Shown: positions 7,721 through 15,214 of the stretch, in pieces
Position numbering within the stretch: the stretch's first letter is position 1
How the letters are laid out: each line of letters begins with the position of its first letter
NCBI GenBank assembly: GCA_023228195.1
Contig: JALOBR010000001.1
Span: 1 to 42,665, forward strand
Source of the DNA: Candidatus Omnitrophota bacterium
GTDB taxonomy: Bacteria; Omnitrophota; Gorgyraeia; Duberdicusellales; 4484-171
DNA length: 42,665 nt
Reading direction: 5' to 3'
The notes under the pieces: model-generated
Told to the model about the DNA's origin: nothing
The model's input: only the letters and a program-made list of their open reading frames with translations
Databases searched by the model: none
Position numbers and translations under genes: made by a program

Positions 7721-7801
7721 ATTATCCCTTCACTTCGTTCAGGGATAATTCACAGACGGCCTTCGGCCTATGATTTTTTCGTCTACAGACGAAAAAATCA
7801 T
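7721..7801. repeat. Array of three hairpins upstream of rarA, including an ATTATCCC-family hairpin
   Basis: ATTATCCCT(7721)...AGGGATAAT(7749). GGCC-TTCG-GCC. ATGATTTTTTCGTC-TACA-GACGAAAAAATCAT, a 14-bp perfect stem (7770-7801). Confidence 0.8.
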
Positions 7802-8192
7802 CTGTTCATTAAAAAACCCTGCCATAAGTCCGTCTCAGGCTGGTTGCATACAGTCCGTTTCTCATACAAGTGGGTGCTTCATCCTAATCGCCTCAGCGAA
7901 AGGAAATTCAGCTCCCGTGTATTAGGTGTTGGCTGTAGCACTTTAACCTGTTGACGCAACAGGCAGGGTTAATTTCCTTTTCTTACACCTTAGTATAACA
8001 TTCGCGTAGTGTTATTTCAAGGCAATCAGCCAATCTTTGTGAAAACGTTTACACGATTGTAAACATTATGCGTCCGGATAATTACCAGATCCCTTCCTCA
8101 ACCATAAAACAGGCATTTGAAACAATGGAAGGCTTCATTTTCCTTGTGCGAAACGCCTGCGGCAACTCTTGTTTTTTTCTTTATGCCCGGCA

Positions 8193-8975
8193 TTACTTTT
8201 CTATTTTTTTAAGTTCTTCTTTATCTAATTTCCCAAAATCGGCTTTTAAAAAATCAGCCGTTTGCGGAAGCTTAATATAAAAATCATTGGATTCATCTAT
8301 CGCGATATAGCCGTCAGATATTACACAATCCAAAACATGGCCTCCGGCTGATTTATCTTTACTGATAAAATGAAGGTGCCAGCCAGCCATGTTAATTTCT
8401 GACATGTAATCAGGAAATCTAAACCCTAAAAGCGTGCCATCTATATCTTTAAATTCAAACACGCCCTGTTCTTTGGCTGCTTCAGAAAGCGTCTTGTAGG
8501 GCTTTGCCTGCCTGGGGACGCTTCGCGCTTTAACAAAGCTGAATCTTCCTTCTATTTTTGCCGCATAGAAAATATTTTTTGAGGCTATCTCTTTTTCGAG
8601 GCAGGCGATGATACTGGCGTAGTCATTTTGACCTGTTAAGTTTATTGTTTTGTCGGGGCTAAAAAATTTAACTATACAGAAAGCGCTCTTTGACGAATCA
8701 TCTACGATTATAACCGAGCCATTTGATTTTACTTGGTAAAATTTCCCATCTAAGCCAACCATTTCTCCGTCTAACTCGTTAAAAGTGCCGATACCAAAAT
8801 TCCCATATTTTTTAATTTGGGCGTAATTAAAATCAGCTTCGTATAAACCCTGCATCAAAGCGCCCATTGTTGAGAATTGAGAAACAGCATCTTTATTCGT
8901 ACGCACGCATAAACAGCCCTGTGTGAATATTGACAGTAAAAACAGGCCTGTAAAAAGAAAATGACTTTTCTTCAT
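8193..8975 (-). CDS. budA: Alpha-acetolactate decarboxylase with an N-terminal signal peptide / lipobox-like sequence
   Basis: GIGTFNELDGEMVGLDGKFYQV and GWHLHFIS..GGHVLD motifs. The start was set at MKKSHFLFTGLFLLSIFTQGC (8975). The longer ORF extension runs into the GC-rich repeat. Confidence 0.8.
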   Translation of the reverse strand: MKKSHFLFTGLFLLSIFTQGCLCVRTNKDAVSQFSTMGALMQGLYEADFNYAQIKKYGNFGIGTFNELDGEMVGLDGKFYQVKSNGSVIIVDDSSKSAFCIVKFFSPDKTINLTGQNDYASIIACLEKEIASKNIFYAAKIEGRFSFVKARSVPRQAKPYKTLSEAAKEQGVFEFKDIDGTLLGFRFPDYMSEINMAGWHLHFISKDKSAGGHVLDCVISDGYIAIDESNDFYIKLPQTADFLKADFGKLDKEELKKIEK

Positions 8976-9058
8976 TCGTTTATGTTTAAAAATATTACGC
9001 TGGTTAAGGAAAGAGCCACTCTGGAGCTTCACGGGTAAAACCCGTGGTACTTTGTAAT

Positions 9059-9237
9059 GCACCCCGTGGGGCGACGTCTCCCCAGAAATTTCCTAACCCG
9101 TATGGGAGGAAATTTCGGGGACTTTATCCCGGGAATCCTCCGGATTCCTCGGGACCGCTCCACCATTCGCCACGGGCTGTCCACCAGGACGCCCTGTTGG
9201 GCTGCCGAAGGCGTACCCGTGCTGGCAATGGGAATCA
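9059..9237. repeat. GC-rich palindromic element, copy B (intergenic, longer, with two extra hairpins)
   Basis: The core at 9170-9214 is identical to 4867-4911. Extra hairpins are CCCCAGAAATTTCC...GGAAATTTCGGGG and CCCGGGAATCC-TCC-GGATTCCTCGGG. Confidence 0.85.
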
Positions 9238-10269
9238 GCGTTTAACAAAATTTTCTACTGCTTTTACCGCAAGTTCAATTACCGCGTTTAAATCATCTGC
9301 GCAAAAAACGCCGGTTGGTGAATGCGCATAGCGGCTGGGCACGCTTAATACTCCGGTAAGAATGCCTTCTCTGTTCATATTAATCATCGCTCCGTCAGTC
9401 ATTCCCCCCTCAACCACATCAAGCTGGTATTTTATTTTATTTGCTTTCGCCGTATCTATAAAAAGATTTTTTATTTTTTCGCTGACAATTATCCCCCTTC
9501 CTGCTGCTTCAACCATCGTAATGCAGGCACCGCACCCAAGCTTAAGATTTGACTCACTTTCCTTTATCATAGGAGTGTCTCCCGCGCTGGTTGTGTCTAT
9601 CGCTATAGCAAAATCCGGATTTATCTTAAAAGAAGATGTGCGCGCGCCCTTTAAGCCTACCTCCTCCTGCACTGTGCTAACCACATAGATTTGAGCATTG
9701 ACTTTTAAGCGCTCTAAAATTTTTATTAAGGCAAAACACCCTACCCTGTCGTCTATGGCTTTCCCGTAAAAAAGGTTTCCTGAAAGCGGCCCTGCATTTG
9801 GTTCAAAGATGATTGAGTCGGCTATAGAAACTTTGTTTTCCGCTTCCTCTCTTGTTTTTGCTCCGATATCTATGAACATATCGGTATACTTTATCGGATT
9901 TTTTCTTTCTTCTTCTTTAACAAGATGGGGCGGCTTCATTCCGATAACTCCATGGACATCCCCTTTTTTGGATTTAACGATTACCCGCTGGCCCACAAGC
10001 ACACGATCGTCTATTCCGCCTATTTTGATAAAATTAAGATATCCATCTTTTGTTATATATTTTACAAGAAGGCCTATTTCATCCATATGCGCCGCGATCA
10101 TGATCTTCTTTGCGCCTTTGCCTTTACGCGCTATTACGTTGCCAAAATTGTCAATTTCTACTTCTTTTGTAATTTTCCTGAACTCATCATACATTATTTT
10201 TGTGATCTCGCTTTCATACCCGGAAACACCTGCTGCATTAATTATCTTTTTAAGTAACGGATCCATCAA
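9235..10269 (-). CDS. M42 family metallopeptidase (glutamyl aminopeptidase / FrvX-like)
   Basis: IAAHMDEIGLLV, AIDDRVGC, VQEEVGLKGA, and a C-terminal YAHSP motif. Confidence 0.85.
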   Translation of the reverse strand: MMDPLLKKIINAAGVSGYESEITKIMYDEFRKITKEVEIDNFGNVIARKGKGAKKIMIAAHMDEIGLLVKYITKDGYLNFIKIGGIDDRVLVGQRVIVKSKKGDVHGVIGMKPPHLVKEEERKNPIKYTDMFIDIGAKTREEAENKVSIADSIIFEPNAGPLSGNLFYGKAIDDRVGCFALIKILERLKVNAQIYVVSTVQEEVGLKGARTSSFKINPDFAIAIDTTSAGDTPMIKESESNLKLGCGACITMVEAAGRGIIVSEKIKNLFIDTAKANKIKYQLDVVEGGMTDGAMINMNREGILTGVLSVPSRYAHSPTGVFCADDLNAVIELAVKAVENFVKR

Positions 10270-10287
10270 AACCTCCTAATGAGCACA

Positions 10288-10455
10288 GTATTTTTTCAAG
10301 CTGCTTGCCCGGGGCAAGCGTGTAGAAAAAATACTAGTGCGAATTATCCCCGAGTGAAACGAGGGGATAATGACAATTCGACCATGTAGTTTTTCCATCC
10401 CCAGGAAAAACTACAGTCTCGTTGGAATTATCCCCGAGTGAAACGAGGGGATATT
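10288..10455. repeat. Intergenic hairpin array with two copies of a 31-nt ATTATCCCC hairpin
   Basis: AGTATTTTTTC...GAAAAAATACT encloses GCTTGCCC-G-GGGCAAGC. GAATTATCCCCGAGTGAAACGAGGGGATA(A/T)T occurs at 10341-10371 and 10425-10455. TGTAGTTTTTCC...GGAAAAACTACA spans 10385-10415. Confidence 0.85.
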
Positions 10456-10472
10456 ACTATATATTCTTACAC

Positions 10473-10913
10473 TCATTTTCCAGCTACATTCAAATTAGCG
10501 TGCGCGAACCACTGCCAGCCTTTTTCTGTTTTAATCCAGACGCTCATTCGGGGCGTAGGCGTATCGGATAAGAGCTTTCCGTCTACAGATTCCTTGACTA
10601 CCTGCGCTAAATAAGTGACTACTACGGTATCTGCCTGCCTTGTAACATAGAATTTACTTAACTTATAATCTCCCAGATGTAATTCTTTCAGCAGTTTAAT
10701 GTCCTGGTCCCTGCCGCGCATACCGTCTTCGTGGACAGATTGAAATACATCTGCTATTTTTAATTCATACATTTCTGTTTTACCTGTTTGTATGTCTTCC
10801 CACATCTGCCTTTCAAGCATTTCCCCAAGGCTCATATCCTGCTGAGCATAGATATCCGTACAAAGAGCTATAGATAAGATAACAAATATTGCGGCGGGTA
10901 TTTTCCTATCCAT
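10473..10913 (-). CDS. Secreted NTF2-like / DUF4440-type protein
   Basis: Signal peptide MDRKIPAAIFVILSIALCTDIYAQQ. The size and the C-terminal pattern (VVVTY...R.SVWIKTEKGWQWFAHAN) are typical of SnoaL/DUF4440 folds. Confidence 0.5.
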   Translation of the reverse strand: MDRKIPAAIFVILSIALCTDIYAQQDMSLGEMLERQMWEDIQTGKTEMYELKIADVFQSVHEDGMRGRDQDIKLLKELHLGDYKLSKFYVTRQADTVVVTYLAQVVKESVDGKLLSDTPTPRMSVWIKTEKGWQWFAHANLNVAGK

Positions 10914-11011
10914 ATCTTATTACCTCCCTATGACTTTATGTTACAAAAGCTATCTTTAAAAGATTGAACCACAACTTAATTTATTCATCTTACTGCCAGA
11001 TGGTAACTTTT

Positions 11012-11908
11012 TCAATCTGCATTTTTAATGAAACTTCCGACAACTTCCAGGTAGTCATTTGTTTTTTCAAGATGGTGATTGTGCGAAGCATCTTTAAAAA
11101 CAAAAATTTCTGATTGAGGAATTTTTTTGTGGTAATAATCTGTGGTTTGGGGCGATGCTTCGTCGAATTGCCCGCAGGTAAATAAAGTAGGTATTTTTAT
11201 CCTATTCAGATCATTTATCCTGTCATATTTTTTAAGGATTCCTGTAATTGTAAATTCACTAGGACCCCACATGTATTTATAAATTTCGTAATTCATCTCG
11301 CTGAAAGCTCGCTTTAGGCAATCCGGCCAGGGGGAAAGCCTGCAAACATGGGACTGATAATAATTAATCATTACATCCTGGTATTCTTTGGAATCAAAGT
11401 TTCCTTTTTCTTCAGTTTTAGAAATTATTTCCCGCGCTTTCAAGGGAAACTCTGATAAATAATTTCTTTGATCAAGCCCCCACATTGTCGCTGAAAGACA
11501 GGCCCCTGAAAACACGAGGCTGGCAATACCTTTAGGCATATACTTAATAATATAATCCGTTGCGAGCATCGCCCCCCAGGAATGCCCGAGTATGTGCACA
11601 TTTTTCAAATTGAGCGCGGCGCGCACCTGGCCAAGCTCTTCTACAAAATGTTCTATTGTCCAAAGTGATTTTACGTTTGCTTTATCAGACAATCCACAGC
11701 CAAGCTGGTCGTAAAAAATGACCGGTCGCTCGCTGGACAAAGCTTCCAGCGGCTCAAGATAATAATGCGTAGCCGCCGGACCGCCGTGCAAGATAATGAC
11801 AGGTATTTTATTCTTGTCGGAACCGCAAATTTTATACCATATGTTTCCTCCGGTAACCTTAATATACCCTTCTTGTACGTTGCCGGATTTTTTTATCTCT
11901 TTTTCCAT
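11012..11908 (-). CDS. Proline iminopeptidase-family alpha/beta hydrolase
   Basis: HGGPAATH oxyanion region, nucleophile elbow GHSWGAML, and a C-terminal ASHNHHLE His. Confidence 0.8.
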   Translation of the reverse strand: MEKEIKKSGNVQEGYIKVTGGNIWYKICGSDKNKIPVIILHGGPAATHYYLEPLEALSSERPVIFYDQLGCGLSDKANVKSLWTIEHFVEELGQVRAALNLKNVHILGHSWGAMLATDYIIKYMPKGIASLVFSGACLSATMWGLDQRNYLSEFPLKAREIISKTEEKGNFDSKEYQDVMINYYQSHVCRLSPWPDCLKRAFSEMNYEIYKYMWGPSEFTITGILKKYDRINDLNRIKIPTLFTCGQFDEASPQTTDYYHKKIPQSEIFVFKDASHNHHLEKTNDYLEVVGSFIKNAD

Positions 11909-11911
11909 TAA

Positions 11912-13069
11912 TTATATTTCCTTTTTAATTTGTTTTAATAATACGAGCGTCTCCAAATGCGGAGTGTGCGGAAAGAAATCGAATGGTTCAATCAATTGCG
12001 GCCTGTAGGAGGCTGACAATGCTTTAAGATTTGCAAAAAGCGTATCTGGATTACAGGAAGAATAGAATATCGTTTTAGGGCTTAGCCTTAAAATCGCTCT
12101 TATTATTTTATTAGACAGTCCGCAACGCGGGGGATTAATTATTAAAACATCGACATCTTTATAAAAGGCGCCTTGAGTGTTTAAAAAGGCTCTTGCATCG
12201 GCAGTGAAAAAAGAAATATTTTCGATATTGTTTTCCTTGGCATTCTGCCAGGCACAATCAACTATTGGCTGTGATACCTCTACCCCCCAAACAAATTTTG
12301 CGCTGCCGGCAAGGAAAATACCTATAGAGCCGCCTCCGCAAAAAAGATCTAAAACCTTTTCGCGCTTTTCAAGCTTTGCATAATTTCTTATTTTACCGTA
12401 AAGATTTTTTATGGCGAGTGGATTCACCTGGAAAAAAGAGTCAATTGCTATTTTAAATTTGAATTCATCGAGCTTTTCTTCGATAAAAGGCTCTCCAAAA
12501 AGCAACTCCTTCTTTTCGAATACAACCGCGTCAGAAAGCGAATCATTAACAATCCAATAAACCGATTTTAGGGTTGAATTAAGGCTCAACCCCTTAAGCA
12601 TGTTTACAAAGCCGTCTTTATCCAATTCTTCGCTACTTGTCGTAACTAACCCCAGCATCAATTCATTGGTAAACTTGGTTTCCCGCAGAATGAGGTTTCT
12701 TAAAAAACCTTTATGCGAAAACTTGTTATGAACGGAATTTCCTTTGAGCATAAAGTAATCTTTGACTGCTTTTAATATGGTTCCTGCGTCCTTTGAAAAA
12801 ATAAGGCATTCGGAAATGTCAATCAATTCGCCGTGACTGGCCTTTTTATACAAACCGCAGCTGATACCCTCTTTTTGCCCAAAACTAAATTCCATTTTGT
12901 TGCGGTAGAACCACTCACTATAAGAATTAATCGGCTTTAATTCACAGTTAATTCCATATACCGACATTAACTCTCTTATGCTTTCTTCTTTGCAAAGAGT
13001 CTGTACGGAATAAGGTATATCCTGGAAGCTGCATCCGCCGCAAGTACCGAAATGTTTACAAATATCCAT
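11912..13069 (-). CDS. 23S rRNA (uracil-C5)-methyltransferase family enzyme (RumA/TrmA-like, Fe-S cluster type)
   Basis: Cys cluster CKHFGTCGGCSFQ, SAM motif VLDLFCGGGSIG, PPRCGL, and catalytic YSSCNP. Confidence 0.8.
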   Translation of the reverse strand: MDICKHFGTCGGCSFQDIPYSVQTLCKEESIRELMSVYGINCELKPINSYSEWFYRNKMEFSFGQKEGISCGLYKKASHGELIDISECLIFSKDAGTILKAVKDYFMLKGNSVHNKFSHKGFLRNLILRETKFTNELMLGLVTTSSEELDKDGFVNMLKGLSLNSTLKSVYWIVNDSLSDAVVFEKKELLFGEPFIEEKLDEFKFKIAIDSFFQVNPLAIKNLYGKIRNYAKLEKREKVLDLFCGGGSIGIFLAGSAKFVWGVEVSQPIVDCAWQNAKENNIENISFFTADARAFLNTQGAFYKDVDVLIINPPRCGLSNKIIRAILRLSPKTIFYSSCNPDTLFANLKALSASYRPQLIEPFDFFPHTPHLETLVLLKQIKKEI

Positions 13070-13071
13070 AA

Positions 13072-13106
13072 TCAGCTCTCAGCTATCAGGCGTCAGCCTT
13101 CAGCTC
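13072..13106. repeat. Five tandem heptamers (TCAGCTC TCAGCTA TCAGGCG TCAGCCT TCAGCTC) filling the whole intergenic spacer
   Basis: Read directly. On the coding (minus) strand the unit is nnGCTGA, which puts a TGA in every reading frame. Confidence 0.85.
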
Positions 13107-13609
13107 TAAAAAATTTTGAGGATTAAGTTTTTTAAATTTTTTCTTTTACCTTTTTTAGCAGGTTCGGCAGAATAACCCATTGCTAGAACCGCTTTCAATT
13201 CCAAATTTTTTGGGAGCTTAAGGAGTTTTTTGATTTCCTTGCGTTTATTTAATATTTCACCAAGCCAGCAGGCGCCAAGATTCCGCGAATGAATAAATAA
13301 AAGCATATTTTGAATACAGGCTCCAATTGCCATTAAATCTTTCTCACGGCTGTAAGAAAGTTTTTTATCTAAAAACACGAGGATAATTTTATTTGCGCCT
13401 TTTATTATGTAACTGTAATGAGTGAAGTGAGCCAGGGAATCTTTCTCATCTTCATCCAAAACCAGAAACCGCCAGGGCTGGTTGTTAAGGCCTGACGGGG
13501 CCCAGCTGGCTGCCTCTAAAATTTTTTCTATTGTTTTAGAAGAAATGCTGGTTTTTTTAAATTTTCTGATTGAACGGCGGGATTTGATTAATTGTAGAAT
13601 ATCTTTCAT
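13106..13609 (-). CDS. Nitroreductase family protein
   Basis: RRSIRKFK, PSGLNNQPWRFLV, and a small (167 aa) FMN-nitroreductase-like layout. Confidence 0.8.
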   Translation of the reverse strand: MKDILQLIKSRRSIRKFKKTSISSKTIEKILEAASWAPSGLNNQPWRFLVLDEDEKDSLAHFTHYSYIIKGANKIILVFLDKKLSYSREKDLMAIGACIQNMLLFIHSRNLGACWLGEILNKRKEIKKLLKLPKNLELKAVLAMGYSAEPAKKGKRKNLKNLILKIF

Positions 13610-13654
13610 TTGCCGTTATTATAGGCAAAACATGAAATAGTTCAAGTTTTTTTC

Positions 13655-13683
13655 TTTACACACATCTGAAACCGTGCTATAAA
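13655..13683 (+). promoter_or_regulatory. Sigma70-like promoter for the plus-strand HEPN-like/2-TM islet
   Basis: TTTACA (13655-13660), 17-nt spacer, TATAAA (13678-13683), about 66 nt upstream of the ATG. Confidence 0.45.
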
Positions 13684-13749
13684 TGAACCGAAAAAGAACT
13701 TTTTGATAGGACGGGGAAAGATCAACTAGCAATTGTTAAAGTAAATAAA

Positions 13750-14538
13750 ATGGAAACAAATATTTCTAAATATAAAATTGATCTGGAAAAACTTATTGAT
13801 AAGGGTTATTTATTATACTATAGTATGGCGATCGAATTGAATATTGGGGATCCTAAGGAAAAGAAGGAACTCAAAAAGATCGCTGATGAGAAAAATTTAC
13901 CTAGTTTTAAGCTCGAATACGAGACATGGTATTCAGAAGCACAACAAGTCATAAAACAAATTATTCCCGATAGGCTAAACGACTTTATAAAACTTTACAA
14001 AGAGGAAAAAAGAAAAGAAATTTCTTTCCTTACTTACACTATCTCTGATTGTATGCTTGGCTTAAGAACCAGCCGACTGGGCGAAACTATCGCAGATGGG
14101 ACAGCAGCATTTCCCAAATTTGAACAACAATTGAATATTCTAAAATCAGCTCAACAAAGATTTGCAAGTTCTCTTTTTGATATAAAACAGGTATTGCAAG
14201 CAGATATTTTTGACAATGAACTGGCTGCTGCTCAAGAACTTATCAAAAAAGGATTTGTTCGAGGTGCAGGGGCGATAGCAGGTGTTATTCTAGAAAAGCA
14301 CCTTGCTCAAGTTTGTGAAAATCATAAAATCGGCATAAAAAATAAGAATTTTTCTCTAAGCGAATATAACGACGCATTAAAAAACTTAGAAGTTATAGAT
14401 ATTCCTCAATGGCGCTTTATTCAACATTTAACTGACCTCAGAAATGTTTGTGACCACAAAAAACAAAATGATCCTAAAAAAGATGAGATTGAAGGTTTAA
14501 TTTCGGGGGTAGAAAAAATAATAAAAACAATATTTTAA
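13750..14538 (+). CDS. Helical N-terminal domain plus C-terminal HEPN-like domain (Rx4H motif) protein
   Basis: The C-terminal about 110 aa read AGAIAGVILEKHLAQVCENHKI...LSEYNDALKNL...FIQHLTDLRNVCDHKK. R231-x4-H236 is encoded at 14440-14457. The all-helical pattern resembles DUF4145/HEPN domains. The N-terminal 150 aa were not recognised. Confidence 0.55.
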   Translation: METNISKYKIDLEKLIDKGYLLYYSMAIELNIGDPKEKKELKKIADEKNLPSFKLEYETWYSEAQQVIKQIIPDRLNDFIKLYKEEKRKEISFLTYTISDCMLGLRTSRLGETIADGTAAFPKFEQQLNILKSAQQRFASSLFDIKQVLQADIFDNELAAAQELIKKGFVRGAGAIAGVILEKHLAQVCENHKIGIKNKNFSLSEYNDALKNLEVIDIPQWRFIQHLTDLRNVCDHKKQNDPKKDEIEGLISGVEKIIKTIF

Positions 14539-14608
14539 CCTTAATAACTTATCTCGCCGGAATGTATTTGTATGTTTTTGAAACTGCTCATCCAGCCGGT
14601 GGATTAGA

Positions 14609-15172
14609 ATGTTCGGAGATATAATGAAAAAACTATTTTCGAAAATCACAACAGGAAGTCCTATAATTGATGGTCTAATAATTATTGTAATTACGGCATT
14701 TTTAGGTTTTTTGTTGCGAATAAAATTTAATTTTAAATTATTAGAATTTTTGTTATTTCCATTTAAAATTCCCTTAGGGTTTATGGTAGTTTTTTTAAGC
14801 CTATCACTTATTTTTATAAAACGCCTTTGTTTCAATTTACCTTACGAATCTAAATTGGGACACTTATTAATTAATCGAAAATACCGTTTAATATATAACC
14901 CTAAAGACGGTCGAAGCAAAGAAATAGGGTTTGGAAAATACGGGAAGATAACAGAAGGTCAGAATGATAATGAGTATTCTTGGCATATATCCTCGAAAAG
15001 ATTAGAAATTTTTGGAGCTGATGGAAAGATTTATAGTAGATTTCGATACGACAAAGACCGGCAACAGTTTTTACATACTAATGATTCAGATACTAGGTCT
15101 ATACAAAACCAAGTTATAGAACCAATTCAAGCTGGAATAATTGATTGGGCTAAGCAAAAGAAAAACTTCTAA
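14609..15172 (+). CDS. Two-TM membrane protein with an uncharacterised soluble C-terminal domain of about 110 aa
   Basis: Hydrophobic helices IIDGLIIIVITAFLGFLL and IPLGFMVVFLSLSLIFI. Same strand as the HEPN-like gene and 70 nt downstream of it. The start could instead be MKKLF at 14624. Confidence 0.55.
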   Translation: MFGDIMKKLFSKITTGSPIIDGLIIIVITAFLGFLLRIKFNFKLLEFLLFPFKIPLGFMVVFLSLSLIFIKRLCFNLPYESKLGHLLINRKYRLIYNPKDGRSKEIGFGKYGKITEGQNDNEYSWHISSKRLEIFGADGKIYSRFRYDKDRQQFLHTNDSDTRSIQNQVIEPIQAGIIDWAKQKKNF

Positions 15173-15214
15173 CACTCCCACCCCACCAACGGAATAAAAA
15201 GTTCATTTTTCGGG

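Noticed and set aside
7806-7970. Assignment of the structured gap RNA to SRP RNA, 6S, RNase P or tmRNA
   Set aside because: I could not find the SRP helix-8 motif (GGAAGGAAGCAGC-like with a GNRA loop), the RNase P P4 motif (GAGGAAAGTCCGG) or a tmRNA tRNA-like end. It is kept only as an unnamed candidate.
8068-8280. 70-aa plus-strand ORF in the budA-rarA gap
   Set aside because: It overlaps the 3' end of budA in antisense, has no ribosome-binding site and no recognisable motif.
8193-9062. Full-length 289-aa ORF call for the acetolactate decarboxylase, and the novelty of its signal peptide
   Set aside because: The first 29 codons overlap repeat and hairpin sequence and precede a much better start (MKKSHFLF...). 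Secreted ALDCs are already known (e.g. in Bacillus/Brevibacillus), so export alone is not novel.
9044-9331. 95-aa and 62-aa plus-strand ORFs rich in Gly/Pro/Arg
   Set aside because: They are produced by the GC-rich repeat element (copy B), which lacks stop codons because of its composition. No start context or homology was recognised.
10341-10455. Possible CRISPR array (identical 31-nt palindromic repeats spaced 84 nt apart)
   Set aside because: Only two copies are present. The intervening sequence is itself a hairpin element, there are no cas genes in the window, and the same hairpin family occurs singly elsewhere (7721-7749).
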